64,000 nt of DNA, taken from NCBI GenBank assembly GCA_012295275.1, contig CM022667.1:8060001-8124000 (forward strand), read 5' to 3'. This document shows, in pieces, positions 31,591-44,669 of this stretch (the first letter of the stretch is position 1; every line of letters begins with the position of its first letter). Under the pieces are notes generated by a model. It ran no database searches and was not told the DNA's origin. It worked only from the letters and a program-made list of their open reading frames with translations. Both the position numbers and the translations under genes were made by a program. The DNA comes from Chrysomallon squamiferum. Its lineage: Eukaryota > Animalia > Mollusca.

Positions 31591-34055
31591 GGCTGTTTAA
31601 TATATTTTTATTTTTGTTATTTACCTAAAACTAGTCACTGACAACTGAACTGAACTCTTAGTCCTACCTCTAACATTTAGTCTGCTACTTGTTAAAATAA
31701 GAGACAAAATCAGGGCATCACAAGGATGTTTAAAAAGGATGAAATCAAGGCAGAATTCAAGGTATTTGTCAAGATGAAATCAGGAGGAATTTAGAATATT
31801 TACAGGGGATGTGAAGAAATGTCAATCTTGAATATGTACTGTAGGTTTTTTTCTCAATTATATAAACAAACAGTGTAAATGCTTTTTGAGCATATGTTAT
31901 AAAAACATTAAAATGGTAAAATATGGATCATTATGGGTTTGGAGTTTGATCCAATTTCATTCGCCCCTCTTCCAAGATACCAGCTTAGAAATGAGATGTA
32001 AAATTTAGATATTTTTTAGAGAAATGTGAAATCCAGTCAGCCAGTATTACAATAATTTGACTTTGTATTTGTGTGTGGATAACTGACTGAAAGACATTTC
32101 TTCTGTCTGTTTTGGAGTGTGTCCAGAAATATTTTTATGCATTATGTGGTATTAATTGTCCAGTATTTTCACAATTTATCAAATCAGGATGTTGCTATGG
32201 AAATCAAAGATCCATAACCCTTCAGTTTGCTGTAATACTTTAGTTTATTCCTGTTTTTGTTGTTTATTTTATCATCTGACACTGTTAGTGAGTTGGTAGG
32301 TTAGTACATGAAGAGTTTATTTTACTGTACAGGTTTGTGGTTGGATTTCAGATTTATTTTCATATTTGTAACAGATTGTCACTGAAATGATTTTGGATCC
32401 GACAGTGTATTAATTTTGTATTCAAACAGTTTATGAAATGAAACTACTGAAGTTGCTACTGCATTAGCCAATAGTTTTTAATGTCTTGTGTCTACAATAC
32501 ATTAACCAATCATGTTGTGTCTTGCTGTTGAAATAACCAATCATATGACCTGTTCTTTGTTTAACTAGTCAAGTGACATTTTATTCCTGCTGTTGACAAT
32601 TAGTGAATGGATCAGTGTCTCAGTGGATTACTAGATTAGTGGTGCTTACTTGTAAAAATAAGAACAATAGCTTTAATAATCATTTAAACCCAGGTAATTT
32701 TAAAAAACACCTATGCATATTTTATTCGTTAAGTTCAACAGGGTTAACAATGTAGGCAATACACATGATATGTTGTACATATTTAAATAAAGTCAGTTAT
32801 TTGTCAACAGCAAAATATGTACAACTGCTAAGGTTTATTATGTTATGGCAGCTGACTTAATTAGAGGTTGTGCTGTTAACAGACATTCTTTGACAACTTT
32901 TTAGCATCCAAGTTTATGATTTTATTCATTTTCTGGTTAAGAATAACAAAATATTTGGGTGCCTTGAAATATACTGGAATGAATTATTAACACCCAATTT
33001 TGAAAATTTCTCATACTAATGAATTAGCTTGTGTAGACTTTTTTTTTTATTAAATAAAGAATTTGTCTGGAGTCTTCAGAAAATATAAATGATATGGTTG
33101 TTGTGTTTTTGTTTATTTAAAACTTTGAATCGGATATCATTGATGAGTGGTGTCTCATCTCATTAAGCCTGTTGTAGATATATAGATATATCTAGAACAT
33201 TTCTGAGAATTTGTGTTAGAATTGTTTATTTTGCCAGTTGTATTTCACTTACAGAATTGTATGATGGTTAGGATCTGTGCCCATGCAGGCATGCATTACT
33301 GTATTTCTGAGAGGCACGCAAAAGAAAAACAATCTATACCCATAACCTTTTATATTTATTATTTTGTGAGCTGACCCTAGTATTGCATTATATCAGTATT
33401 TAAATTTACATCTTTATTTTTGCCATTATATGGTTACTTTTATATTGTTTTGGTATGGCTGTTGCTTGTTAGTTCATTATTAGTTTTGTATTTTTTAATT
33501 TATTATTAATCCTTGAAGGATAAATTAAATATATTGTAGGATTAAACATTTCTTTAAGTGCCATTTTATATAATTCCTATTTGATAATAAAATGTAATTA
33601 ATAAATAAATGTAATTCCACTGAAATTCCTTTAAACAAGTGACTGTGAATATTTACATTTAATACTTTATGTGGTAAAGTAATGAAAATAGATTAATGAG
33701 CTGGTTAAGAAAATTGTGATTTTGTTTGAACAAGATGGAACCTCGATTATTAAATATTTTTAAAAATCTTCATGTTGAAACTTACTATTATATGTGTGTA
33801 ATTAGAACAATGACAAATATTTTTACAGTTCTATCATTTTTTGTGATATAACTTTATTTGTAAAACTATCTACTTTATTACTCGCAGCTTTCATGATCAT
33901 ATTTTTATGCTGTATATTTTAGAATATTTTACAATGTGAAATTTTTTATGTTTTCATACAATAAAACCTAGGAAATCTATAAAGAATACATTTCAGCTGC
34001 ATAACTGCCAATCTAAAAATCTTAATAAAACAGTTTCTACTCACCATCTTTTTTA

Positions 34056-34144
<89 letters not shown>

Positions 34145-36839
34145 TCCCTCTCCCTCTCCCTCTCCCTCCCACACATAAATGTTTTTGTGCAATTTGCTAT
34201 TTGCTGAAATTGTTTGATTTCTGCTTATCAGTACAAATATAGTGCATTATTGTTCTGTTTATGAATGCTGTGTAAACTTTTGAGTTGAAATAAACTACAT
34301 TATATTAGTTATAATTTGTCTTGTTTTATTCCTGTTACAAGGTGCATATAAAAAGATTACTGGCTGTAAACTGACAATTGTTATAAAATTTCATCAAACT
34401 GCTAATGACAAATAGACATGAACTTTCTGAAACAAATCAGTCTTTACAAAAGTAAAGACATATTGTGTTTCAGACACAAAATGTAAGTATCGCACTAACC
34501 AGTTTTTAAGAAATTGTCTATACCCTGTCACAGAAAACCTGCTTGTTATAAAAATATCTGCTGATGTATTTTACAACAAAGCAGAAGACATCATTACATC
34601 AACAGACATATTAGTAAAAACAACAAAAGCTGTGTCAGATTTTCAGTTTTATTAGCATTTTAGTTCCTTAAGTCTTTTTCTGTGTTACAAACAGAAAGCA
34701 TTTTACCAGGTAACATGAAACCAGTTTTACTGTCTTCATAAAATAACATACATTATACCAGATTTCCAGTTCCAACCTGTTAATCTGGAAATGTCTGTCA
34801 AGTTTACATGTTATAAACCTGAGGTAAGATATTGCCAGCCTATCATGTCAGACAAGCCAGGATTGTGCTTTCATGTTTTTAAAACATGAAAAGATAAAAA
34901 AAAAATATTAGATATATTAATTCTTATCATGACTTACTCAATTGTAATGATTAATGTTTTAAATTTTTTTTAAAAATATTTTAGTTATTTACTATAATAT
35001 AATATGGCCTGTGGTTTTTTGTAATCACAAGACATGAAAAGATAAAATCAAATTTTTACTCTCACAATATTAAATATATTAATCAGTTCATATCATGTTA
35101 TATTGCACTTCTGATTAAAATGTAAAAAAAATTTGAAAAAGATTCTAATAATTTACAATAATACTATAATTAACCACATAACTAATATGATCAAAAGAAA
35201 TGAAAGTAATTAAAAGTATCCAGAGATTTCGTTTTTCTGGACAATTTCCTTGGTGTATATTACCTCTAACTACTGCATTTGACAAACACAACAAGAAGTA
35301 AGTGACATTTCAGTTAACATCCTTTCTGTTTCACAGTTACTTTGTTTAGGACAGACGAAATGCAGACTGTGAGTAGAGTGAGACAGTAATTCTCATTGTC
35401 TTTGAGGTTTTATTTAACTCTTTGTTTTTATTGTTTATGTAATACAGTTGCTATTTATTACACATTTGTTACCGAGTACAGAATATTTGTGTCAAGTTAA
35501 GTGGTGAAAATGTGGTGTGACTGATACTTGTCCATGTTATTTACATTAATTTCTCATTGTAGTCATTTCATTATTCATTGTGTTTTCTTGGTAAGGTTTG
35601 ATGATGTATATGAAATGATGATTTAAGATATAATAATCTGATAAATAATAATAATAATATATTTGACAAAATAATAATAATAGTAATAATAAAAATATAA
35701 TAATAATAATAGTAATAATAATAATATAATAATAATAATAGTAACAATGATAATAATGATGATGATAATAATTATGTTTAAATTGCTAAATGTAGGTGGA
35801 CATGAAGAAAAAGTATGACAACTATTTCAACAAGTGTAAAGAAAACCCGTACATACACTGTATGTTAACAGAGTAGCACGTTCTATAGTGTTTAGAATTG
35901 TGGGCAGAGAAGACAATAAATTAAGTATCTATAAACAAAGAGTTATATTCAACAACATCATATACAACATATCGCTGTAAGATTTTTAATATCAGCTTTG
36001 TATAATATCAATACAAATATTAAGGCCTGAGACCGTTTAGTTCATAACAGATTGTGTATCAGTCAATGCCCATAAACTCTGCTTGGATTTCACTTTTCAA
36101 AAAACAAATTACACTCATCTTACAAACAAATTATAAAAAAAAATTTCAGTTATTGTTATCACACATATTACAAACAAATTATCAAAAAAAAATTTCAGTT
36201 ACTGTTATCACTATGTAAAAATAGATCTTTTATGTGGAGGTTTGTCTGTGTTCTGTACCAGAATCACTTAAATGATAACAACTAAATTAGTTGTATATTT
36301 TGACATAAATTAATTTTAAAAATCTAAAAATTTCTCAGTCTAACCCACAACTCAGTTTTATAATAATATTCTAAAGCAATCACCCTGAACAAAAGTGTTA
36401 TAAATTAATTATTTGTTGTCACAATCAAGTGAAAAGACCTGTATGCAGTAGACAAAACTGCAGAGATGCGATGTTTTACACACAAACAGTAATTCTTACA
36501 AATCTGCCTTTTCAAGGCTGATGTACTCATTGTTTAAAACCAGCATCAAACATAAAAGTTCAGAAATTACATTTCTTGACTTGGAATGTAAACTCACACT
36601 GTTACAAGCTATAGCTGTACTGGTTTTAAAAGCACTGAAAAATTAAAATAACACGATTATTAAAATATCACACATGTATCCAGGTATAATTCATTCATCT
36701 TCATTCAGAATAGCCATATATTATTCATTTATTTCAATTCATTATTAATTTATCTCTATTCAATATATTAATTCATTTTATTCTGAATAGTGATTTATTT
36801 CTCATTCTTATTAATCATTTTACTATTCATTTATTTGTA

Positions 36840-37826
36840 TTATATTCATTCACTTACATTCAGAATATTCTTTAATTCACTTATATTCTGAATGTTCTTT
36901 CATTCACTTACATTCAGAATATTCTTTAATTCACTTATATTCAGAATTTTCTTTAATTCACTTATATTCTGAATGTTCTTTCATTCACTTACATTCAGAA
37001 TATTCTTTAATTCACTTATATTCTGAATGTTCTTTAATTCACTTACATTCAGAATTTTCTTTAATTCACTTATATTCTGAATGTTCTTTAATTCACTTAC
37101 ATTCAGAATGTTCTTTAATTCACCTATATTCAGAATGTTTTTTAATTCATTTACATTCAGAATATTCTTTAATTCACTTATATTCAGAATATTTTTTCAT
37201 TCACTTATATTCAGACTATTCATTCAATCAGTCATCTCTGACTCACTCTGAACTGCTGGTTCTTTCATTCACTTATATTCTGAATATTCTTTCATTCACT
37301 TACATTCAGAATGTTCTTTCATTCACTTATATTCTGAATGTTCTTTAATTCACTTACATTCAGAATTTTCTTTAATTCACTTATATTCTGAATGTTCTTT
37401 AATTCACTTATATTCTGAATGTTCTTTAATTCACTTACATTCAGAATGTTCTTTAATTCACTTATATTCTGAATGTTCTTTAATTCACTTATATTCAAAA
37501 TATTTTTTCATTCACTTATATTCAGACTATTCATTCAATCAGTCATCTCTGACTCACTCTGAACTGCTGGTTCTTTCATTCACTTATATTCTGAATATTC
37601 TTTCATTCACTTACATTCAGAATGTTCTTTCATTCACTTATATTCAGAATGTTCTTTCATTCACTTATATTCTGAATATTCTTTAATTCACTTATACTCA
37701 GAATATTCTTTAATTCACTTACATTCTGAATGTTCTTTCATTCACTTATATTCAGACTATTCGTTCACTTATATTCATACTATTCATTCGCTCAGTCATC
37801 ACTGACTCACTCTGAACTGCTGGTTT
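36840..37826. repeat. 27-bp minisatellite with higher-order duplication, downstream of VAC14
   Basis: Unit ttcacttatattctgaatgttctttaa, interrupted three times by cagtcatc(t/a)ctgactcactctgaactgctggtt (about 37230, 37540 and 37793). Confidence 0.92.
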
Positions 37827-37896
37827 TCTTCAATCATTTGATTTCAACTGAAACCAGTGACTTTACAGACAGGAAATGCAGAGACTACAAACACAT

Positions 37897-37910
37897 GTTG
37901 CCTTGGTAAC
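37897..37910. promoter_or_regulatory. RFX X-box-like site
   Basis: GTTGCCTTGGTAAC. Confidence 0.45.
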
Positions 37911-38033
37911 CTGTTGGTTCTACATCCACTTACATCAGTATCAGTGGTTTCACTTTTTGTTTTATTGAAGCTGGTTTTGATGTTTCAGTATCTCACTAGC
38001 CTGGTAACCATGGTATCAAACAGTTCCTAGCTT

Positions 38034-38075
<42 letters not shown>

Positions 38076-38379
38076 GATTCATGACTGATCCACACACTTT
38101 TCTGACAACAACAGTCCACTTGATTCTCCTATCAGGTCCAATCCGAAAATAGTTTGTGGTTGTTGTTTTCCCTCCCCACCCCTCAAAAAAAAAACATCTT
38201 GCAACTTCCAAACTTCCACTGAGGAAAAAAAACATCCAAAAATTCACTTGCTGAACTTTTTAGTTGACAACGTCACTGTAGTTTGAAATGACAGTATTTG
38301 TGACACTGTTTGCGCACTTTGAAATGTTACAGCTGGATACTGTGTGGTGTATATAAGATGGGACTAAACTTCAGTGACG

Positions 38380-41300
38380 TCACCATTTTATGTTTCTCAC
38401 TGCAGACAGTTTAAACGCCATCCTGGACTCTTTGTGTCTGGCCTGCACCTTGTTGAAGTGGTTCAGGAGTTCGTCAAAGTTTATTTTACAAACCAGCGGC
38501 CTCTCCTCACCCTCACTGCTCTGTTTAGCTCTGAACACAAATAAACAGCAAAGATTAACAATTTGTAACGTTTGAAAGTCAGTATAAATACATGGTATTT
38601 ATAACGGGGTATGTATCGTAGTTTAAAGAATAACGTATGTTACAAATTAAACTTTGTCCATGTCAAGCCTCTGACAAATGAATATGCAACATTGAAAAAA
38701 AAAAAAAATAATAATAATAATAAAAAAAAAAAATAAATAAATAAATAAAATCTTGTGACGTAAATTCTAATTCAGTTTAAGTCTTAATTACAATCCTCTA
38801 TTTGTATGTATAAATTTTATACAAAATGGTCAGAAATATTTGATCTTTTAAAAAAAAAAACATAAAACATATCTTGTAACATTTTGTTCCCTATCTCAGT
38901 ATCTGGGATGCTGTATGTAAAAGATTTCTTCAAGCAGCTGATGAAATCAACTCAAGTAACACCACAAATCTGAACTGTAACAGAAGTGGACAATATTCTG
39001 GCTTCATGCTGGACCAATAACAATGTGATAAGACACACCAGAAATACTTGGTATACAGTGATTGTCCTTTACGTACAGCAGAAATCAAAACAGTGACTGC
39101 TACAGCAATCTCTGAACTACTCAAAAGTTTTTAAAATAAATTATCAGTGTGATAATTCTGTGTAAGGTAACAGGTAAATATATTCACCCCTGATCTATCT
39201 GGAAGTGGAAGTGAGGGATACACTCCAGTCTGTATCGCAGGGTTTTGAAAGCCTCAGACTGAGGTAACAACATCAGCAGTCCATACAGACTCTTTATCAG
39301 GTACTGGTTGTGTTCAACGTCGAGAAGGTGCAGACGTAAATCTGAAAAAATCTAAATATTTCTTACTTCGGTCACATTCATGAACTTACTTGCCTTAAAG
39401 AATTCTTAGTGATTTGAGAAAGATGGTAGGAGAAGGAAACCAATTTTACATGATTTGTGAAGAAAAAAGATAAAGTGTTAAAAAATTCATATTAATGATT
39501 CAGTTTTTGTTTCTGAAATACAGAGATATGATTTTCCAAATTTGCATCTTAAAAAAAAAAAATTTCAAACAAATTTAAATGTTTATTTGACATGAAAAAA
39601 TAATTAAAAAAACAAGTAAATAAATATATAAAAATATAAATAAATAAATTAAAATAATTTTTTTTTTAAATATTCAATTTTCAAAGAATGCACAGTTTGG
39701 ATTATTTTTATGAAACAGAGAAGCAAAGAATTTAAAAATCAACTCACAGGCAAAGATTGGAGATTCAATTAGCTGAACAAGTTTGTCAATCTCTTTCAAA
39801 AAGTCAACAGTCACCTCGATGTCACCACTGACAAATGTCAAGGTCATTTAAAAACATTTTGAACAATAATTAAAATAACTTAAACTATTACAATCCTATT
39901 TAAAATGGGAATTCATTTTTTTTAAACAGTATATTCTTTTTATCATAACATTATTAACTCTATTTCAGTCATGTCTTTCATTAAACTTTGAATTACACAA
40001 TCATGGACATTATATGTTTCTGTTTTACTGTATAAACGTCTTTCTCTAAATGGAATGTTTATTACTACATAAATTGTTCTTTTAAATATAAAAATGTCTT
40101 AATAAAATGCAGTTACTTGGTTTTGTGTGATAATTGCAGTGAAAATACTTTTCAATAAAAAAATAAAATTAAATAAAATACAATTGAATAAATCCAAATT
40201 ACCTTTTTTTATACTAAGTATTTAGATATCATATTTAGAGATCAGACACTCATAAAAATACAACTAACACTGGTTATTTTGGAGTAATTATTAAAATTGT
40301 TTATATTCAAAAAGCTGACAAGAAAATGCATGACATATATCTAACTCAGAATTTCAACTAATCAATTATTTCAAATGTGTTTACATTAACCAAAAATTTC
40401 AACATGTCTCTCTTGGGCCTACATCCCAAAATATTGAAGTAATATTGCTAGTGTAAGAAAGAAATAATTTTACAAAATAATTATATAAGAGAGGAAAATT
40501 TGTTTTTCTTGTCTCTCCAAACCAATTAACTCTGTTTATGAGTATCATGGCTGTTACAGAATTCAGTACATCTGTGCTAAGAAAGGATACAAGGACTGCA
40601 GAAGCTGATAGGCATGTTTGTAGTTCTGTGTGAGGTAACAGAGCGAAACCACAGCAACCGGACTGTGACACCAACACTTGTACAAACAGCAGAACAGAGA
40701 GCAACTCTCCTGTCAAAGAAAACAAGAAAATACTTTGTTACCATGGCTACAGATTTTTTTTTTTTTGTTTTGGGGTTTTATTTTAAAAACCCAAAAGCAA
40801 AATAGAAAAATAATAAAAAGTAAAATAATAATAAAAATTAACTAAATAAAGAAAGAAGGAATGAAAAAAGAAAGAAAAGAAGAAACAAGTGCAAAAAAAA
40901 AAAATATATATATATATATATAAAATAAATAAAATAATGTAGAGAAATAAAAAAAGAAAAACAACAATGATAAAAATATAAATTAATTATATAGTTTTCC
41001 AAGATAAAAAAAAAAGAAGAAAATAATCTCTATATAATGGACTAACAAAAAGTTGTTCCGTTTTTAATAAAATTCTTGAACTACATATTAATACTTGTAA
41101 TAATTAAAGATAAAAAACATCAGTAACAGGATTGATCCTAGCACATAACACATCTCAGACAAGAACTGCTGAACTCTCACCTCTGTAGCCAAATCTTTGA
41201 GGTTCATTCTGAGGTCGAAGAATTCAGACGATGTTAACAGGATGCTGTTGAGTGTCTGCACCATTGTTGATGTGAAATTCATGTCCTCATCTACAAGTAT

Positions 41301-42166
41301 TATCTCTGCCAGACTTCTAAACAGAGCCTCCGCACTCAAATACAGAGACAACTGTCTGGTAAAAACAGAAACATGTAACATTTCTGTGTTTATATTGTAA
41401 AAATATTTTTAGAAATGTTTAAGAAATTTGTATAATATTCACAGTTTTTAATTTATTTGAGATAAGAATGAAAGAATGTTTGATTAAACCTAGGAATTTT
41501 TTTTAAATATTGATATATTTCATTAGTAATTACAACAATCACCACTGCAACTGCTGCTAGGGCTTTTTCTACTACTACCATTACCACCTTCACTACTGCT
41601 ACCACTACTACTATTTGCCATTACTGCTAATAATAACAACAACAACAACAACAGTAAAAACAGCAACAGAAACAACTGTGGAGCTGTGATTACAGTAAGC
41701 TACAATCATTTAAATACACAGCTAAACCGTACGGCTGAAAAAACAAATTCTAAAAGAGAAAACAAAATAATAGTCATAATAGTCATTTTAATAATAATAA
41801 TAGTAATAATAATAATAATAACTATTATTCTTTACTACCATTAGTGCTAACTGTTTTTCAGATATAAAATCTAAATTTTATTAGCCATAAACGTGTTGTA
41901 AATTTCAGATACCGTATAACAAATGTTCCTCTGTCCTCCAGGAGTTGTCTGTCTTTTTTAAATATTTCTAGGAGTTGTACAACAAACTTGATAAAACACT
42001 GGTTCAGCCCGTGGGTGATGTCGACAAACTGTTTGAGGGGGTCGGGCACCGTGACGCCCAGTGTGTCGTCACTGATGTTGTTTCCAGCTGGATGAGCAGA
42101 AATCTCTGCAAGAACTTCCAGATCTAACAACACAACCTGAAAAAAAGAAATAATAACAACAACAAA

Positions 42167-42245
<79 letters not shown>

Positions 42246-44317
42246 CCAATTCAGTGATAAAAATATTTTTTAAAAACCCAGTAAACACTGTAAAAATAAA
42301 AAAATATATATTTAAAAAAAAAAAATCAAGAAATCCAGCCTGAAAGACTTCAGTTTTAAATTCAGCTAAAGTATGAAGGCATGTTTAAAATAATGATATA
42401 AATAAATCCAAATATACCTTGGTAAAACTTTTTAAAAACCTGCAAGAGCTTTGAACCTATTTTAATGTGATTCTTTGTGTTAAATAAGAAATCTTCAAGT
42501 GCTAACATATTTTGTGCGTGTGTGTGAAGCACTCATTGTGTTATTTAAAAGTACACACAGTTATTTAATGAACTCACATCATCTGAAGGATCTGAGAGTG
42601 TTTTCAGTAACAAGGGAAAGAACTCTCCAACATGCTTGAATGCCTGAAAAAAAAAAAGAGTCAATTATTTTCAAAATAATAAAAAAATGTTATATTATTT
42701 CAGACATCTATACAGTGCTTCAGAAGACAGGATCTACAATCTCAGAAATCTCTAATGAATTAATTCTTATTGTTGATGTTCTTTATGGATGGTTTATTAT
42801 TTAGATCATGGTACATATTTTCTTGTCTTGGAAGTGTGATTATAATGGTTTCCTTTACCTACACAATAAATTAGAAACTTCAGTAGCAAGTCTGTTAAAC
42901 GATTAAGACAAAAAGGCATCATTAACTGTTTTTATTAGCTGTTCTTTTGTTCGTGTCTGTGTTTTAAAAATACAGATGCACAGTTTAGGGAAATAAAAAA
43001 GCAAGGTGGATATATGACTGAAGAACAGAGCACTAAGAAATGTAATCAATATTTTTTGTTTATTTTATATATAAATCAAAGTATTATCTGTGTCAGTTTA
43101 AACTACAAAAACTAACTGTGATTTAGTATACCTTATTGGGGGTTTTTGAAAAAAGAAGACTAAACCATCTAAGGGAAGCAACTCTAGTTTGCATTGCATC
43201 ATGTCCCAACATTTTCTGAAGAACATCCAGAACAGAAAGTATATCCATCTGAATTACACTGTACAGGAAGACAGATATAAAAACATAAATACAGAAAGAA
43301 GTAGTGAAATGTAACAGTATTAGCATATTTAATAAAGTGCATGTAATTTAGAATATTGCTATTGTGTCTAAATTTAACACAGAGGTTTTCAGAAGTGAAA
43401 CAAAATTAGCTGAATTTACTTTATGACAAAAACTTTTTTCAGATATATTTAGTCAGTGCCTATCAAAATGACTTATACATTTCTGTATAACTGATTTATT
43501 TATAAACTTTTGGTAAATAAAAACTATAACAATAATATAACAAAACCTGGAGGATGCCAACAAGAACATTTTTTATATTTTTTAGATTAATTACATGGAT
43601 AAATAAATGCTAATTTAAGTATTTTAATTTGTTTTTTTTAAAAAAACATTATTTCATAACATTTTAAATCGGATAAGAATCCATGATTTCAAGATTATAG
43701 AATGGCTTTAAAATGCTTGTTTAGCATCGTTCAGCTCAATCAATGAATTTCTTAAAAATTAATTTGAAGATTTTTTTAAATTTGAGTTTATTTGTTTTTC
43801 CAATATGTCTGAAATTTGCAAAATAAAGATACTTTCTTAAGCAATAACACTGTATGCATCATCTTACCCCGATTCTTGTTGTACTTGTTCTGAGGACGAT
43901 TCATCCGATCGCTTGTGGGCATCATCCCCTCCCCCTAGCGATGACTCGCCCACCGACTCCACCACAGGCGTGGGCTGATCATCCTGACTCTCTACCAGTT
44001 TGTGCAGACTGAGCATCAGCGTTTCAGCAGCATCACGCACACTGAGCAAAATTGTTTTACAGGTTAAAAATAAACACGCTTGTCACAATGTGTGTGTGTG
44101 TCTCTGTGTGTGTGTGTGCATGTGAGTTTCTGTGTGCATATGGGTGAACATGCATGAAAAGATGTTCTCCACTATCTTTTGTACCCTAACAATTCTTGTA
44201 AGTCATTATGTGCATATTAAAGAAAAAAAAAAAAAAAAAATATTAATGTTTTACTTAACAATGAACAAACATTATTATTAATCAAAAAGTGAAAATTTAC
44301 TTTTAAATGAAGAGGAA

Positions 44318-44355
<38 letters not shown>

Positions 44356-44607
44356 AAATAAAAATACTACTAATAATAAAAACACAAACTGATATTACAA
44401 GAGTTTACCGTTTCCTGGAGTAGTCGCTGTATGACAGACATGGCAGAGTAGCAGTCAACATTCCTGCAAGATGGGGAAGCATTGTCCTGCCAGACAAAGC
44501 AATGAATTCTCGTAACCACGTAATAGCGGTGTACTGTATCAGGTCATCTGAATAATTGTGTAATAATAACAATAATAATAACAACAAGGATAACAATAAC
44601 AATGATA

Positions 44608-44669
<62 letters not shown>

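Noticed and set aside
41356-41912. VAC14 intron with a GTATCT donor as a second U12 intron
   Set aside because: The donor lacks CCTT and there is no CCTTRAC branch site; it has a normal pyrimidine tract.
44042-44408. VAC14 intron with TTTTAAC near the acceptor as a U12-to-U2 conversion
   Set aside because: The donor is GTAAAC and the motif is common in AT-rich DNA; this needs an ortholog comparison that I cannot run.
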